Source of the DNA: Mayamaea pseudoterrestris
Taxonomy: Eukaryota
DNA: 64,000 bases
Assembly (NCBI GenBank): GCA_027923505.1
Contig: BROI01000008.1
Location: 248,001-312,000 of the forward strand
Reading direction: 5' to 3'
Below, in pieces: positions 1 to 10,832 of the stretch (its first letter is position 1; each line of letters opens with the position of its first letter). The notes under the pieces were generated by a model. That model saw nothing but the letters and a program-made list of their open reading frames with translations. It did not search any database and was not told the DNA's origin. A program made the translations under genes and the position numbers.

Positions 1-424
1 CTGGACTGTCAAGAGAGTCGTAGGTTCGAAACTTGTCTCTGAGCGATCGAACAAATTGATTAATGCCTCGTTGCAATTCACCTTCCTCTCGTATGCAATC
101 ATTGCGGCAACAATCTTGTCTCGAGTTATCATCATTGTCAACTATCAGCTCCGCTGTTGCATCGTCCTCAGCTGAACGTGCCGCAGCGACCTGGTATGTG
201 GAAATGGAACGCTCCATGCGAGTCGAAGAAAGTACTCCTCGCCCTGTAGGTATGGTGCGATCTTCTTCGGCCTCTTTGTCACGATTACAGTCGCAGCAGA
301 GACGAAAGCACATCATAACAGCTTTCTCGAGTGAACAAGCTACTGCAGACTGCTTGGCGTTTACGAGTGATAATGCCAAGTCGCTTCCGTCGTCGCGAAA
401 GAACATGGTTGACGTCATGGTCAT
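1..424 (-). CDS. Hypothetical protein, 5' part; runs off the left edge of the window
   Basis: Manually read open minus frame from ATG at 424 (MTMTSTMFFRDDGSDLA...DKEAEED...LRDKFRTYDSLDSP) with no stop before position 1. It is divergent from the next gene. No recognisable motif. Confidence 0.4.
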   Translation of the reverse strand, partial: MTMTSTMFFRDDGSDLALSLVNAKQSAVACSLEKAVMMCFRLCCDCNRDKEAEEDRTIPTGRGVLSSTRMERSISTYQVAAARSAEDDATAELIVDNDDNSRQDCCRNDCIREEGELQRGINQFVRSLRDKFRTYDSLDSP

Positions 425-679
425 GAGCGTGGGGGTAGCGGTGCGACAAGCCTATCAAATTAGGGATGAAGATTCGCACGACATTGTGGACGACTTGTCC
501 TTGCTTCTCCAAGAAGGAAGCTGTGCATCGAGCCCCTGTTTTTGCTAATTGGTCGACTTGCAGTACAATTACAAGATTATTTAGAGGCCCTGTGTTGCTC
601 TGGATCAGAATACTTGAATTTTAGAATTTGCTTTGTCTAGCAGGTGAAGCAAATCCTGCGCGAGTCACCGGCCATCACT

Positions 680-3073
680 ATGGCACGAACGAGTCGCAAC
701 CCCGTGGCAAGCAGCATGGACGCGCTCGACAATATCGATCTTGATGACATGTTTGCCGATGAGGGAGACGCTCTTTTCGATGGCCTAGACATTGATCTCG
801 GCAATATGGACGATATTACCGGAGCTGCGAGTGTCAACGATGACAACGACCTACCGATGACAGCGCCACTGCACGAGCAACAAACTCCGTCACAGGATGA
901 CAATACTCGCCGACGCATAAACAAGCGAAAAATAAAGTCTCCTTCATGTTTTGACGATGACGAGGAAGAACTTAATGGCTCTATCAAGAAGAAAACGCCC
1001 AAGAAGCGCCAGACAAAGGCAGCTAATTCTTCAAAAAAGGGAAAAGCCAATGGTCCTACCGCCGCAGTTCAAACAGCTGTCGCCCCTCCTATCATCATTC
1101 CTGACCCGATTTCTGTAAAAAGCAAGAAGACAAAGTCTACTATGTCAACGACCTTGCCGCATCCGTCGCAGAGGGGCATTGTTGCTGCTGCCGGACAATT
1201 CGGTGGTAGAAACAAACGAGGATCGTATGTACTTCCAAAAGCAGCTCCTGTCACGCAGAAAATGAAGCCAATAGCAGGCCCTCCGACGCTAGCTAGAGCC
1301 TCTTCAATGGAAGGAGTAATTAAGATCCAGCCGCAGCACCCATTGTCTCGGGCTGACATTATGGCGCGGATATACGCGACGCATCCTGGTTTGCAACAAG
1401 GCAATTTCTGCGGATTACTCCCGAGCAACACTATCTTTTATCCATTCATGCCTACACTTCCAAACGAACCCTCGCTTAAACAACGCAAGCTCTTTCCCGT
1501 AATTGACCGCATCCACACATCGTTTTTGGCGTCTGTTGGAAGCTCATCCGTTTCTGCAGTTGACAAAACGACATCACCAACATCTAGTGATACGCATCAA
1601 ATACATCCTATCGTCGCCTTGATGCAAGATTGCTACAAGGATGAAAAAACACCTGCTATGGGCGCCGATTCAATAGAGGTCAATCAGCAGTCGGAAAGAG
1701 CAACCGTGCTCGTTGCGGCGGCGAACGAAACTAGACGGACTGTGTCGCTTTTCGACAAGCATCAGCTTGCAGGTGATCTCATGGCAGTTTGCTCATTGCT
1801 TAAGCGTCAGCATGATTTTTTAAGGCAAAACAAGTCAAATATGGAGCAGTGGTGCAAGAGTCATTTTACCGAGGAAGACTATGCGTGCGTCTTTTTGCCA
1901 ATAAAGCCAAAGATCAAGCGAAAAGCTGGTGACATGACAGGTGGCAGCGTATTGGCGTCCTTTACCAAGAACCAGATTAAGGTCAAGATAATATGCAGCA
2001 ACTTCGACAAAATCTCGTCAGGCCCCCTATATGCGACGCTTCGCTTCGGCGTCAAAGCATCGGACAAGGATGTTGCTCCGCCCAAATCCAAAAAGGCGAA
2101 GCTAAACCCATCCAGTGTGAAGGGCGGTGTCACCGCCAGAACCAGCTTTGCGGCTTCCATCAAAAATATATCTAAATCGCTGGTGCCCTATGCGGATATG
2201 AAGCCGTCTCATCGTCGTAAAACAATCGTCGATCTCATAAACAAGTGTGCGCGAGATCTCGAGGCCACGGCTGGCCAGCAAATGGAGGACCAGCGTCAAA
2301 TAATTTGTCGTCAGCAAACTGAGCTGCAAAAGGTTGTTGATGATGATAAGGTACAAATGATACATTCAACGTGCATGTGGCGCTGGCTTGAAAAGTCGGG
2401 GCACTTTGCGAAGATGAAGGATGCAGATTGTCAGTGGCGACTGGAAGGTCTTGCGGCGACGAAACTTGGCGATATTGAATGCGGCCACGCTTGCATGCAG
2501 CAAACTACGTTGCCTTTTGGCAACAGAAAGGCAGGAAGCTACATTCATCGACTGCAGTCGTTGCTTGTGGTTGATGACGACGATGAGACCAGCGACGACG
2601 AATCCGACAATCACTTTGATGACATGCCTTGTGCATGTCCAGCAGCTGATCTCTCGAAACTGACAATGCATGAGCGGAGCTTTTTACACTTGCGTTCGTT
2701 TGATTTAGTTCAGAAGGCAGATCATATATTTGCCGTCGAGGATCATATGACCACAGATATTTCTCAAACTGTTCGCTTCGACAATGCCCAAGATATTGCA
2801 GACTTGGAACCGAAGGACGAAGTCGATGGCGTTGTTAATGCGATGATTTGTGACTTGCTTCAAGTGGACGAATGCAACAGCATGAGAGCAAAGCTTCTCA
2901 AATCAGTCGTTCATTCGCAGCGCGTAGCTGAGAGCGATCTGAAGGCGAAGAACGCGGAAACCAGCGTGATCTCAAGATATTATCAGCTAATGAAAAAGAA
3001 TAAGCAAGAAAGGGGGAGAAATGAAGGTAAGCCCAGGGTGGCAAAAAATGACGAGTACGCATTGCCCTGGTGA
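680..3073 (+). CDS. Hypothetical nuclear protein (acidic N-terminus, Lys-rich NLS-like segments; C-terminus faintly ADA3-like)
   Basis: 809-codon ORF; first ATG at 680 (MARTSRN). Low-complexity acidic and basic tracts. Confidence 0.75.
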   Translation: MARTSRNPVASSMDALDNIDLDDMFADEGDALFDGLDIDLGNMDDITGAASVNDDNDLPMTAPLHEQQTPSQDDNTRRRINKRKIKSPSCFDDDEEELNGSIKKKTPKKRQTKAANSSKKGKANGPTAAVQTAVAPPIIIPDPISVKSKKTKSTMSTTLPHPSQRGIVAAAGQFGGRNKRGSYVLPKAAPVTQKMKPIAGPPTLARASSMEGVIKIQPQHPLSRADIMARIYATHPGLQQGNFCGLLPSNTIFYPFMPTLPNEPSLKQRKLFPVIDRIHTSFLASVGSSSVSAVDKTTSPTSSDTHQIHPIVALMQDCYKDEKTPAMGADSIEVNQQSERATVLVAAANETRRTVSLFDKHQLAGDLMAVCSLLKRQHDFLRQNKSNMEQWCKSHFTEEDYACVFLPIKPKIKRKAGDMTGGSVLASFTKNQIKVKIICSNFDKISSGPLYATLRFGVKASDKDVAPPKSKKAKLNPSSVKGGVTARTSFAASIKNISKSLVPYADMKPSHRRKTIVDLINKCARDLEATAGQQMEDQRQIICRQQTELQKVVDDDKVQMIHSTCMWRWLEKSGHFAKMKDADCQWRLEGLAATKLGDIECGHACMQQTTLPFGNRKAGSYIHRLQSLLVVDDDDETSDDESDNHFDDMPCACPAADLSKLTMHERSFLHLRSFDLVQKADHIFAVEDHMTTDISQTVRFDNAQDIADLEPKDEVDGVVNAMICDLLQVDECNSMRAKLLKSVVHSQRVAESDLKAKNAETSVISRYYQLMKKNKQERGRNEGKPRVAKNDEYALPW

Positions 3074-3157
3074 GACAACAGCAATTAGACTACTGCAAAA
3101 TTAAACATTGAAATAGAAATGGTTCATACTATATTGTCTAGTATTGTGGATAATAAG

Positions 3158-6100
3158 CTAGTTAAACTGCGACGGAAAAACACCGCCGTGACTCCCTGAA
3201 TGAGTAGACGATGATTTATTTCCATTGATTCCCATCAAGCTGATTGCTTCAATATCTACATCAGACCCTATGCCATTGCTTTGAAAGAGACCCATGTCAA
3301 GACTGTTCAGCATTCCAGAGACGAGGTCAACGTCGTTCGTCTGGTCCTCATCAACATCATCGACCAAATCAAACAATCGACCGCGGCGAGGTGCACGTGC
3401 AGTTAACTCACTTGCCGGCGGAAATGACGTCGATCCCATGGAACGTCCGCCAACGAAGCCATTAAAGCCAGCGCGAAGGGGCTCCGGCGAGACAGCTGAA
3501 ATGCCTTCGAAGTAGGAATTGGATGGAGGGTGCGGAGATTCCCGAGCATGTCCGGAAAAATCACCAGAGAAACCGATCGGCGAGACCATGCGATTGTCAA
3601 TGCGAGGAAGGGGAGGCGTCATCGTCGAAAAAGAACTTATAGTTCGAGACAGCACAGCGCGACTGCATCCAAAACGTACTTTTCCAGCGGGATTTTGTAA
3701 AAGAACTAGTAGAGAATTGGTCGGGGAGACGTAATGAGCACCGGTGCCTGTAAGGCGGTAAAAGTGCTGGCCTGCGCGTAAACATTCCACGTGCTGGACG
3801 AACAATTGACCAGCAGGCTCACCAAGCCTAGGGTCAAGCAAGTTAAGATCACTTAACGAAGGACCGCAGTGGTTGGAAGGGAAGCATTCAGCAGGCAAGA
3901 TCACAAGAAATGAAAGCGGGACGTTCGTCGAGCTAGAGGATGTCATCAGATCAAACATGACTTTGACGTATTGCGAAGCTATCATGCTGTCCAGAGGTGG
4001 GACGACAGACAGTGCGCCGCCCCGCAAAGCGAGAATATGCTCCGATTCACTCCCTTGCTTCCCAAAAGGTTCATGACCGCCAAAAATTCGATCAACGTCA
4101 ATCAACTTCCCCCAAAATGAGCTGCCATCTACAATCGACAAAGGCTCTGACCACAGCTGCGCCGAAATAAAGGCCTCGGCGCACAATACCTTTTGCGACG
4201 TTGTTGTCAATCCAATGTCTAGGGATGTGCCGTCTGCAATAAAACCGAGCGTCTCATACCAAATTTTGGTCACATATGCAGCTGTTAAGAACCTTGTTTT
4301 CCGTCCGACATGACGAATTCGGAGAGCGTGTAACACGTTTGACGATACCTTCACTGAAGAACGCTTGGCCCAAGTGAGAGAAACAAATGTTTCGCGATCT
4401 TGAACGTATTCTTCTGCCGTCATACCGATATCTGCATCAGACCAACCCACCGACAGATTGCGGGAGACTTGCTGCTGGAGTCGCTGGACGTCCTCGGCCA
4501 ATCTGACACAAAGAGATGCAACAGCAGCCCCAGCATCTTTTAAAGCCTCCATGTTGGCTGATGATCCAGTCCGCCGTGTTTCAGAAATAAATTGACGCTG
4601 AAAGTTTCCAACAAGACTGTCGAAATCTTTCCAGCTCGGAACTAGAGGGTCAACATACGGTGACGAGTCATGGGCCGCTCTGATGATCCAACGATACATG
4701 ACTCGCTTCACAATGTGCTCACCAACCACGCTTGCCAACGACTTGCACCGATGAAGCATTTCGGCAACCTTTTCACGTCGAAACAAAGCAACTGCAGGAT
4801 GCTCTACGTGGTCAACAGGTAGTTTGGGAGTCTCTGTTGCTATATTTCCTGCTGTTGCAATGGTGTTCTTGTCCGAAATATTGATTTTGCCTGACGATGA
4901 AGCAGGCGGCGCTGGTGGCGACGCTGAAGTAGCAACCGAGGCATTATCGGCTGCAATTGATTGAGGCAGAGCGGGTGTTAACTGCTCTTTGAAGTTGCTT
5001 GTAGGTTGAACAGGGTTGGTCTCCCATCGTCGGCCGACAGGTGCAATATCCTTTGAAATCAAACTCGTTGCTCTTTTAAGCTCGGTTACAGGTTTCTTAA
5101 TGCTGTTATTAAGCGCTATCCCATTCTGCATCGCTTTCGGCGACTTGCTTCGTCTATCGGACAGATCCGGACTGGTGCTGGGTGATGTGGAAGCATCGCT
5201 TTTTTTCTGTTTCGTCAGCTCTCTCTCGCGACGTTCTCGTTCCTCTCGTTTCGCTAGCTGTACTCTCTCTCGTTCTATTGCTTCCTTCATTTCGCGCTCG
5301 CGTTGTTCCTTCAACTTTATCGCTTGCTCACGTCGCTGCTGCTCTTCCTTTTCTTTACGGACACGCTCGCGCTCGCGTGCTTGGATCTCTTCTTGCTCCC
5401 GACGCTCCTTTTCTTCTTTCAGTTTCTGTAAACGCTCTTTTTCCCTCTTCTTACGTTTCTTGTCGCGTTTTGAATTGGCTTCCTTCTCGTCCTTCTTGGC
5501 TTGCAGTTCTTCAAGTTCAAGTTCCTTCAACAAAGCTTCCTCGGCGACGCGCGCTTTCTCTTCCGCCGCTTGTTTAGACTCCCCGCGACTATTCTTCTTT
5601 TTGTTTTTAGTTATAATTACAGCTTTGTCTCCGTCGGCGTCATGTTGAGGAGTTAACGATGGATTTTCTTCCTCGTCCGTTTCGTCGTCGTCGCTTCGTT
5701 CCGAAAACTTCCGACCATCCTTCTCCATCTGTTTAATGCGCAGATTAATGAGTAGACGCGCCCGTTGACGTTTTTTCCCGTCACGGGAGCATCGCGGTAT
5801 GCTAGCATTGTAAATTGTTACCATCTCGACAGCAGCATCAATAAGGTTCTGTTCCACAAGAATCGAGAGAGCCGTGTCACCCTTCTTTGTCGTCACATTA
5901 TGATCGGCACCATGTTCCAAGAGTAATTCAACTGTATCAGGTAAACCCTTCGTTGCCGCCTGGAGCAACGCGCTGAGCGTCGGATCGTCTTCTTCTGTGG
6001 GCGCGTTCGCGTTCAAAAGTAAGCGTACGACATCATCATGGCCTTTGTAGGCAGCAATGCTCAATGGAGACCAGCCAGTATCAGTACATTTGCAAGGGTC

Positions 6101-7612
6101 CGCACCAGCCTTTAAAAGCGCATCGACAGCACCCGACTGTCCGTGGTTCGCTGCTGTCAAAAGTGGTGTTTCTCTCCACTTGTTCAAAGCATGTACGTCA
6201 GCATCATTGTCAAGAAGTAGCTTCACAGCCGCCAGGTGTCCAGGTTTTGATCCGGCACAAGCTTTGTGTAAAGGCGTGCTATTATCTTCGGTTACTCGCG
6301 TATTGACTGGCGCATCAGCTTTTAAAAGCAGCGCAACGATGTCATCGTAACCCTACCAAGCAAAGAAGCGCGTGAGTCGACGCGTCGAAGCAGACATTAC
6401 ATGCGCTACGCTTGTATCTGTACAAACCTTGTGTGCCGCAAACGTCAGCGCGCTCCAACCAGCTTCGCTACACAAGCTTGGATCGGCCTTGTGTGCAAGC
6501 AGTGCATCTACCGCATCCAAATGACCATTATTCGCAGCAATGAGCAAGGGTGTTTCGCGCCACTTATTGCAGGCATTGCCGTCTGCACCCTGCTGCAATA
6601 ACAAAAGCAATACCTTCATAGATCCTTTTTTGTTCGTCGCATTCGAAGAACAAGCGGTATGAAGCGGTGTATACAAGTCGTCCTTGAACTGGCAATTAAC
6701 CGACGCCCCCTGATCAAGGCAAAGTTTGACAGCAGCCGCATCGCCATCCTCAACAGCGCACTTCAAATAAAGCTCAGCATCCTCCTCGTCGATGCTCACC
6801 GATGATGACTTCACCGTCACCGACGCTCGTACAGTTAATGAATCATTACTCACAAATCCTTCCTGCTGAATCCGATCCGACGTTATAAACTGCGACCATC
6901 CCCAGTCGATCGCCTTGGGACAAAGTTTAAACGTTTTATCTGGATTGCGCTTTGCGTAACTTAGCGCTGCATTTTCCGGATGCTCTAAAGTAAGTACGTA
7001 GCTGACAGCCTTTTTCCACCCAAATGGCAGAGCTTCCGCATCTGCAACTTGTAGAAAGAGACTCAAATGATGATTGGAGGCTCGTCCGTTGCCATTGACG
7101 TAAATGATCAGCCGCCACTTATTGCCGTGTTCGTCCGTCGTTGTTTCCGAGTATTCCGCCTTTTTACAGCCAGACTCTCGTTTGCTGGCATAGTCTTTAA
7201 TGTAATGAGTGAATTCGCAAGTTGTTTGCATATTTTGTGGTTTCCAAGTGACAGTATCGGGTGCTGCTTCAATGGCATGATCCGTTCCGTCATCGTCCAA
7301 ATGTTGCGGCGTCTTCTGTGCAGAGTTCGTCTCGTCCACATCAGTCTTTTTGCTACTATTGCCGGCAATATCAGTGATCGTTTTACTGCCACTGGTAGCA
7401 TTTTCATTGCTCGTCGTCACAACATCTTCCAATCTTTCATGATGACGCGGAAAGTGCGGATTTTTGCTGGAAGTGTTGGTTTCATCATCTCCGGGAAGGA
7501 TATAATTAGTCGATGTCGAGTCCGGCTCATCATCATCCGCATCCTGCGATGATCGCTGACGAAGAATAGAGTCTTGGTCGTTGTTGTTACTCGTGGTACG
7601 CCACGACATCAT
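3158..7612 (-). CDS. MATH domain + ankyrin repeats + coiled coil + PCIF1/CAPAM-like methyltransferase-fold protein
   Basis: Joins ORFs 6353-7660 and 3158-6226 through a GT-AG intron at 6353-6427 (AAHK|GYDDIVALLL). MATH: KWRLIIYVNGNG...HLSLFL...DWGWSQFI. Multiple ankyrin TPL/SPL motifs and an E/K/R coiled coil. The C-terminus resembles PCIF1 (HPAVALFR, YRWII...DPLVP, PLSFLVILP, LLQNPAG). The start is uncertain because there is an acceptor-like TTTTACAG near 7650. Confidence 0.85.
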
Positions 7613-8285
7613 GCTGTTGGGCGTCGGCGTGTCTTCAGGAGTCGTTGCTGTAAAAAGCAATTTTGTTTCGAGTGAGAAACTACGCTAGCAACCAGGAGCA
7701 AGGGCCATCCATGGTACATTCGCGAACGCTTAACTTTCAACTACTCAAGTAAGCGTCCATTATATAGGATCAAACAGTTGCGAGACGTGTCATTCCAATG
7801 GGTGGCGCCCACATGCAGCAGAACCAATCGGTTTTCGGACAAACCTTCTCAATTCAAGCAAAAGTACTCTTTCCTCGTTCCTTCCACTTACGTTGATTTC
7901 TTATCTTTCCTCCTCGCGACTAGGTAGTAGACTACTTATAGACTTGTGTTTCCCGTTGAATGTTCAGTGACTCGGTCGCTCACCCCGAGACCATTAAACG
8001 GCTTGCGTGTCCAGCCAAGGAAAAACGAACTTCATCGCAAGGTCATCCTCGCATCATCGTCACCGATCGTGGAAAGTTAAGGTTACTGGGTCGTGGTACG
8101 ACACTGTAGACTCCCGCTATGACACAGAAACGGTTACGTTATTGAGTCGTGTTTGGAACGGAGCGACCATCAACTTTGTCGACCTTCACCCATCAGCAGT
8201 CACACGTTGCACCACACATATCTTTCCTGTTTCCCTTTACTGTTAATCGTCAACCCGAGCATCAGACACATAGGTACTCGCCACG

Positions 8286-8936
8286 ATGAATACAACAGCA
8301 GCACTGAGTCATGACGCCTGTATCACTAATGGTCAGTGCTTGAACGGCGGCACTTGTGCATCGGCCGACGAACACTCAGCCTATCGACACTGCGAATGTC
8401 CCGATGGTTTCACAGGTCTTCGATGTCAAGACTTTTGTCCGTTAGATTGTCAAAATAATGGAGTCTGCCAATCAACGAGTACGTCGAATAGGATTGAGGA
8501 TTATATTCACGACAGCAACAAGCGAAGCAGCAGCATCAACAATTTCACATGCAAATGCAAGGGATACTTTACCGGCAAGCTTTGCCAGACGCGATACGTC
8601 AATTGCGGGGGACATCAATGTTTCAATGGGGCAAAGTGTGCGGCAATTGAGTCTGCTGGAGTTGGAAAATGGTGCGAGTGCGCCGACGGATACAGTGGCG
8701 ACCTATGTCAGTCTCGCGCAGCATTTGATGAGTCTATTAAGAAAAAGGCGAACGCGAGTGGAGCCGTAATGGGTGTGGTCATAGTTACAACCATTTTTGT
8801 CATTATATGCTGGAGGAGAAGGACGCGGCAGGACAAGCGCCTTTGTTCACAGCACACCTTTGAGGAACGCCAAAATTTGCACGTTTCTGTTCCGCGTGAG
8901 GAACGAGACGACTGGGAATGTAGAAACATTGTATAG
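8286..8936 (+). CDS. EGF-like repeat single-pass membrane protein
   Basis: Three EGF motifs (CLNGGTC...CECPDGFTGLRC; CQNNGVC...CKCKGYFTGKLC; CFNGAKC...CECADGYSGDLC), then a TM helix AVMGVVIVTTIFVIICW followed by RRR. Confidence 0.85.
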   Translation: MNTTAALSHDACITNGQCLNGGTCASADEHSAYRHCECPDGFTGLRCQDFCPLDCQNNGVCQSTSTSNRIEDYIHDSNKRSSSINNFTCKCKGYFTGKLCQTRYVNCGGHQCFNGAKCAAIESAGVGKWCECADGYSGDLCQSRAAFDESIKKKANASGAVMGVVIVTTIFVIICWRRRTRQDKRLCSQHTFEERQNLHVSVPREERDDWECRNIV

Positions 8937-8962
8937 ATCACCAAATTAACGCTATTGTTTCA

Positions 8963-10399
8963 TTAATTGGATTCGGATTGACTGTAAATGAGAGACTTCC
9001 AATCACTTCCGAAAAAAGCCGTGACAGTCTTGAGTTGACGATTCAAATAATGCTCCTCGAGCTTGCAGTTTCCTCGATAGCCTGCTGTCAAGGCTGCCAT
9101 GCCCAATGATTCTCGGTTGATGTTGCGTGGCAAGTCGTAAATAACGATATGAGTATCAGTGGCTGCGGCCGCTAGCTTCAAAAGCTCCGCTCCATTGACG
9201 CTGTTCGAAATATCCATGGCACAATTAAACTGAGCCTTACGCTCCGCCTTGGTGCGCGGGGTGTTCGTAAATGTGTCGAAAAAGCCGTCATCCAATGTAC
9301 CCTCTGGTTTAGTTTCCGCTGATGGCGCGTATCGCTCTATCCACATGTTCTTGCCCAAGTCATACCCATTTTTGCCCAAAACATTGTAGTCCACGCCGCC
9401 CCATGGCGGATCCATGTACACAGCGTGTACCATCCGCGGCAGTACGTCGATTCCTCCAAGCTGGTAGCCACCGATGCAGATTTCCGTCTCAACTGGAGGT
9501 GGCATGGCAGCCATGAGCGCCAGGGCAGCCTCTGGTGTGGTTAAGGGCTGATCCAACACAAACTGGCCGTCCTTGTAGCAGTGTTCCAAGACAAAAAGAG
9601 CATTGCATTCACAAAATACAATTCTGTCACTGGGAATTCCGTAGATATTAGCATTCATGGCCGCCATTTTAAGCTTGGATCGATTCACTTCCACTGCAAC
9701 AACGAGTGCATTAGGAATGAGCTTGGCAAACGCTATCAGATTGCCGCCGCATCCGCCGAACGCGTCCAGAATGACGAACGGTTGTTTCGACTGCTGATTG
9801 CTTGTTGATGTATGCTGGTAATGTTGATTAACTAACTCTCGCACTTGGATTGCAGTATGGTCGGCAATCTGCTCGGGAGTGACTGAAAACCAGCCAGATT
9901 CGTCAAGCTGAATGCCTTGATCAAAGTGTCGAAAGAGGCGTCGCCTCTGCGTCCAATACTTTGCCAGTTCTTGTCCGTACGGACATCGAACTGACTTGTC
10001 AAGGACGGAAATATTCATCCATGGATTGCTGGGATCGGGTGCCGCGGATTTATGAGGAACTCGAACAACAGCAATGGTTCCGTGATGCGCATTTTCTGTT
10101 GACTGCGAAGAAGCTGGAGGCTCGTAGCGAAATGAATCAATTGCCGGACATGTCGCAGAGTATTGCCTATTCGTCTCATCGTCGGTCCAATGACTATCGT
10201 TGTTATTCGTCGTAAATGAGCCCTGATCAAATAGGTCAACGCGATTCACCAACACCGTAATGGCTGCGGGCGTTCGAGGGTTCTCGCGCTTCGCTGGAGG
10301 CGTGCACGGACTGTAGGCTGGTCGCTGACGGCGTTTGCCAGCTTGATCTGGTGTTTCTGCCATTGTTTCGTCTCCGTGATGGACATCGGACGAGAACAT
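8963..10399 (-). CDS. TGS1: Trimethylguanosine synthase (RNA cap hypermethylase)
   Basis: KYWTQRRRLF...LDESGWFSVTPEQIA, SAM motif ILDAFGGCGGN, DPPWGG, YDLPRN. First ATG at 10399. Confidence 0.92.
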   Translation of the reverse strand: MFSSDVHHGDETMAETPDQAGKRRQRPAYSPCTPPAKRENPRTPAAITVLVNRVDLFDQGSFTTNNNDSHWTDDETNRQYSATCPAIDSFRYEPPASSQSTENAHHGTIAVVRVPHKSAAPDPSNPWMNISVLDKSVRCPYGQELAKYWTQRRRLFRHFDQGIQLDESGWFSVTPEQIADHTAIQVRELVNQHYQHTSTSNQQSKQPFVILDAFGGCGGNLIAFAKLIPNALVVAVEVNRSKLKMAAMNANIYGIPSDRIVFCECNALFVLEHCYKDGQFVLDQPLTTPEAALALMAAMPPPVETEICIGGYQLGGIDVLPRMVHAVYMDPPWGGVDYNVLGKNGYDLGKNMWIERYAPSAETKPEGTLDDGFFDTFTNTPRTKAERKAQFNCAMDISNSVNGAELLKLAAAATDTHIVIYDLPRNINRESLGMAALTAGYRGNCKLEEHYLNRQLKTVTAFFGSDWKSLIYSQSESN

Positions 10400-10832
10400 G
10401 CTGCTTGGATCGGATGTATCTGGCAAAAGCGATAGTTTTAAATAGATTTCGAGCTGCACACGAGCAGAGTAGTCGTTATAATACACCGCTAATGAAATGT
10501 AAACAAAGTATCATTAAGGTATAGAATCGCTAGCTTGTGGGACCCATGTTATGTGGCATGCACCGTATCATAGAGTAACACTAACATTGTGCGGTCCTTG
10601 GCGCCCACATAAGTCAAAGCGTGAATGAAAAGACGAAAAGAATGTCGCACAAAAGTCCGTTTTCTTTCATGGTCACACATCGAATTTCCTTCGAGCGTCC
10701 CAGAGTCGTAGAAAGCCATAGCAGTATAGATAGTGGTCTAGAGGTACCGTGTTGGGCAAAAGTTGCCGAGCGAAAAAGTCGATATCGGATACAACATTCT
10801 CTGCACACGATAGTGGTCAGACTGAAGAAAAC

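Noticed and set aside
63..548. 161-aa plus-strand ORF
   Set aside because: Ser-rich composition typical of an antisense shadow; the minus-strand frame is more plausible.
5016..5648. Antisense Ser/Arg/Phe-rich ORFs (also 33604-34137, 35435-35977 and others)
   Set aside because: Shadow frames of real genes on the opposite strand.
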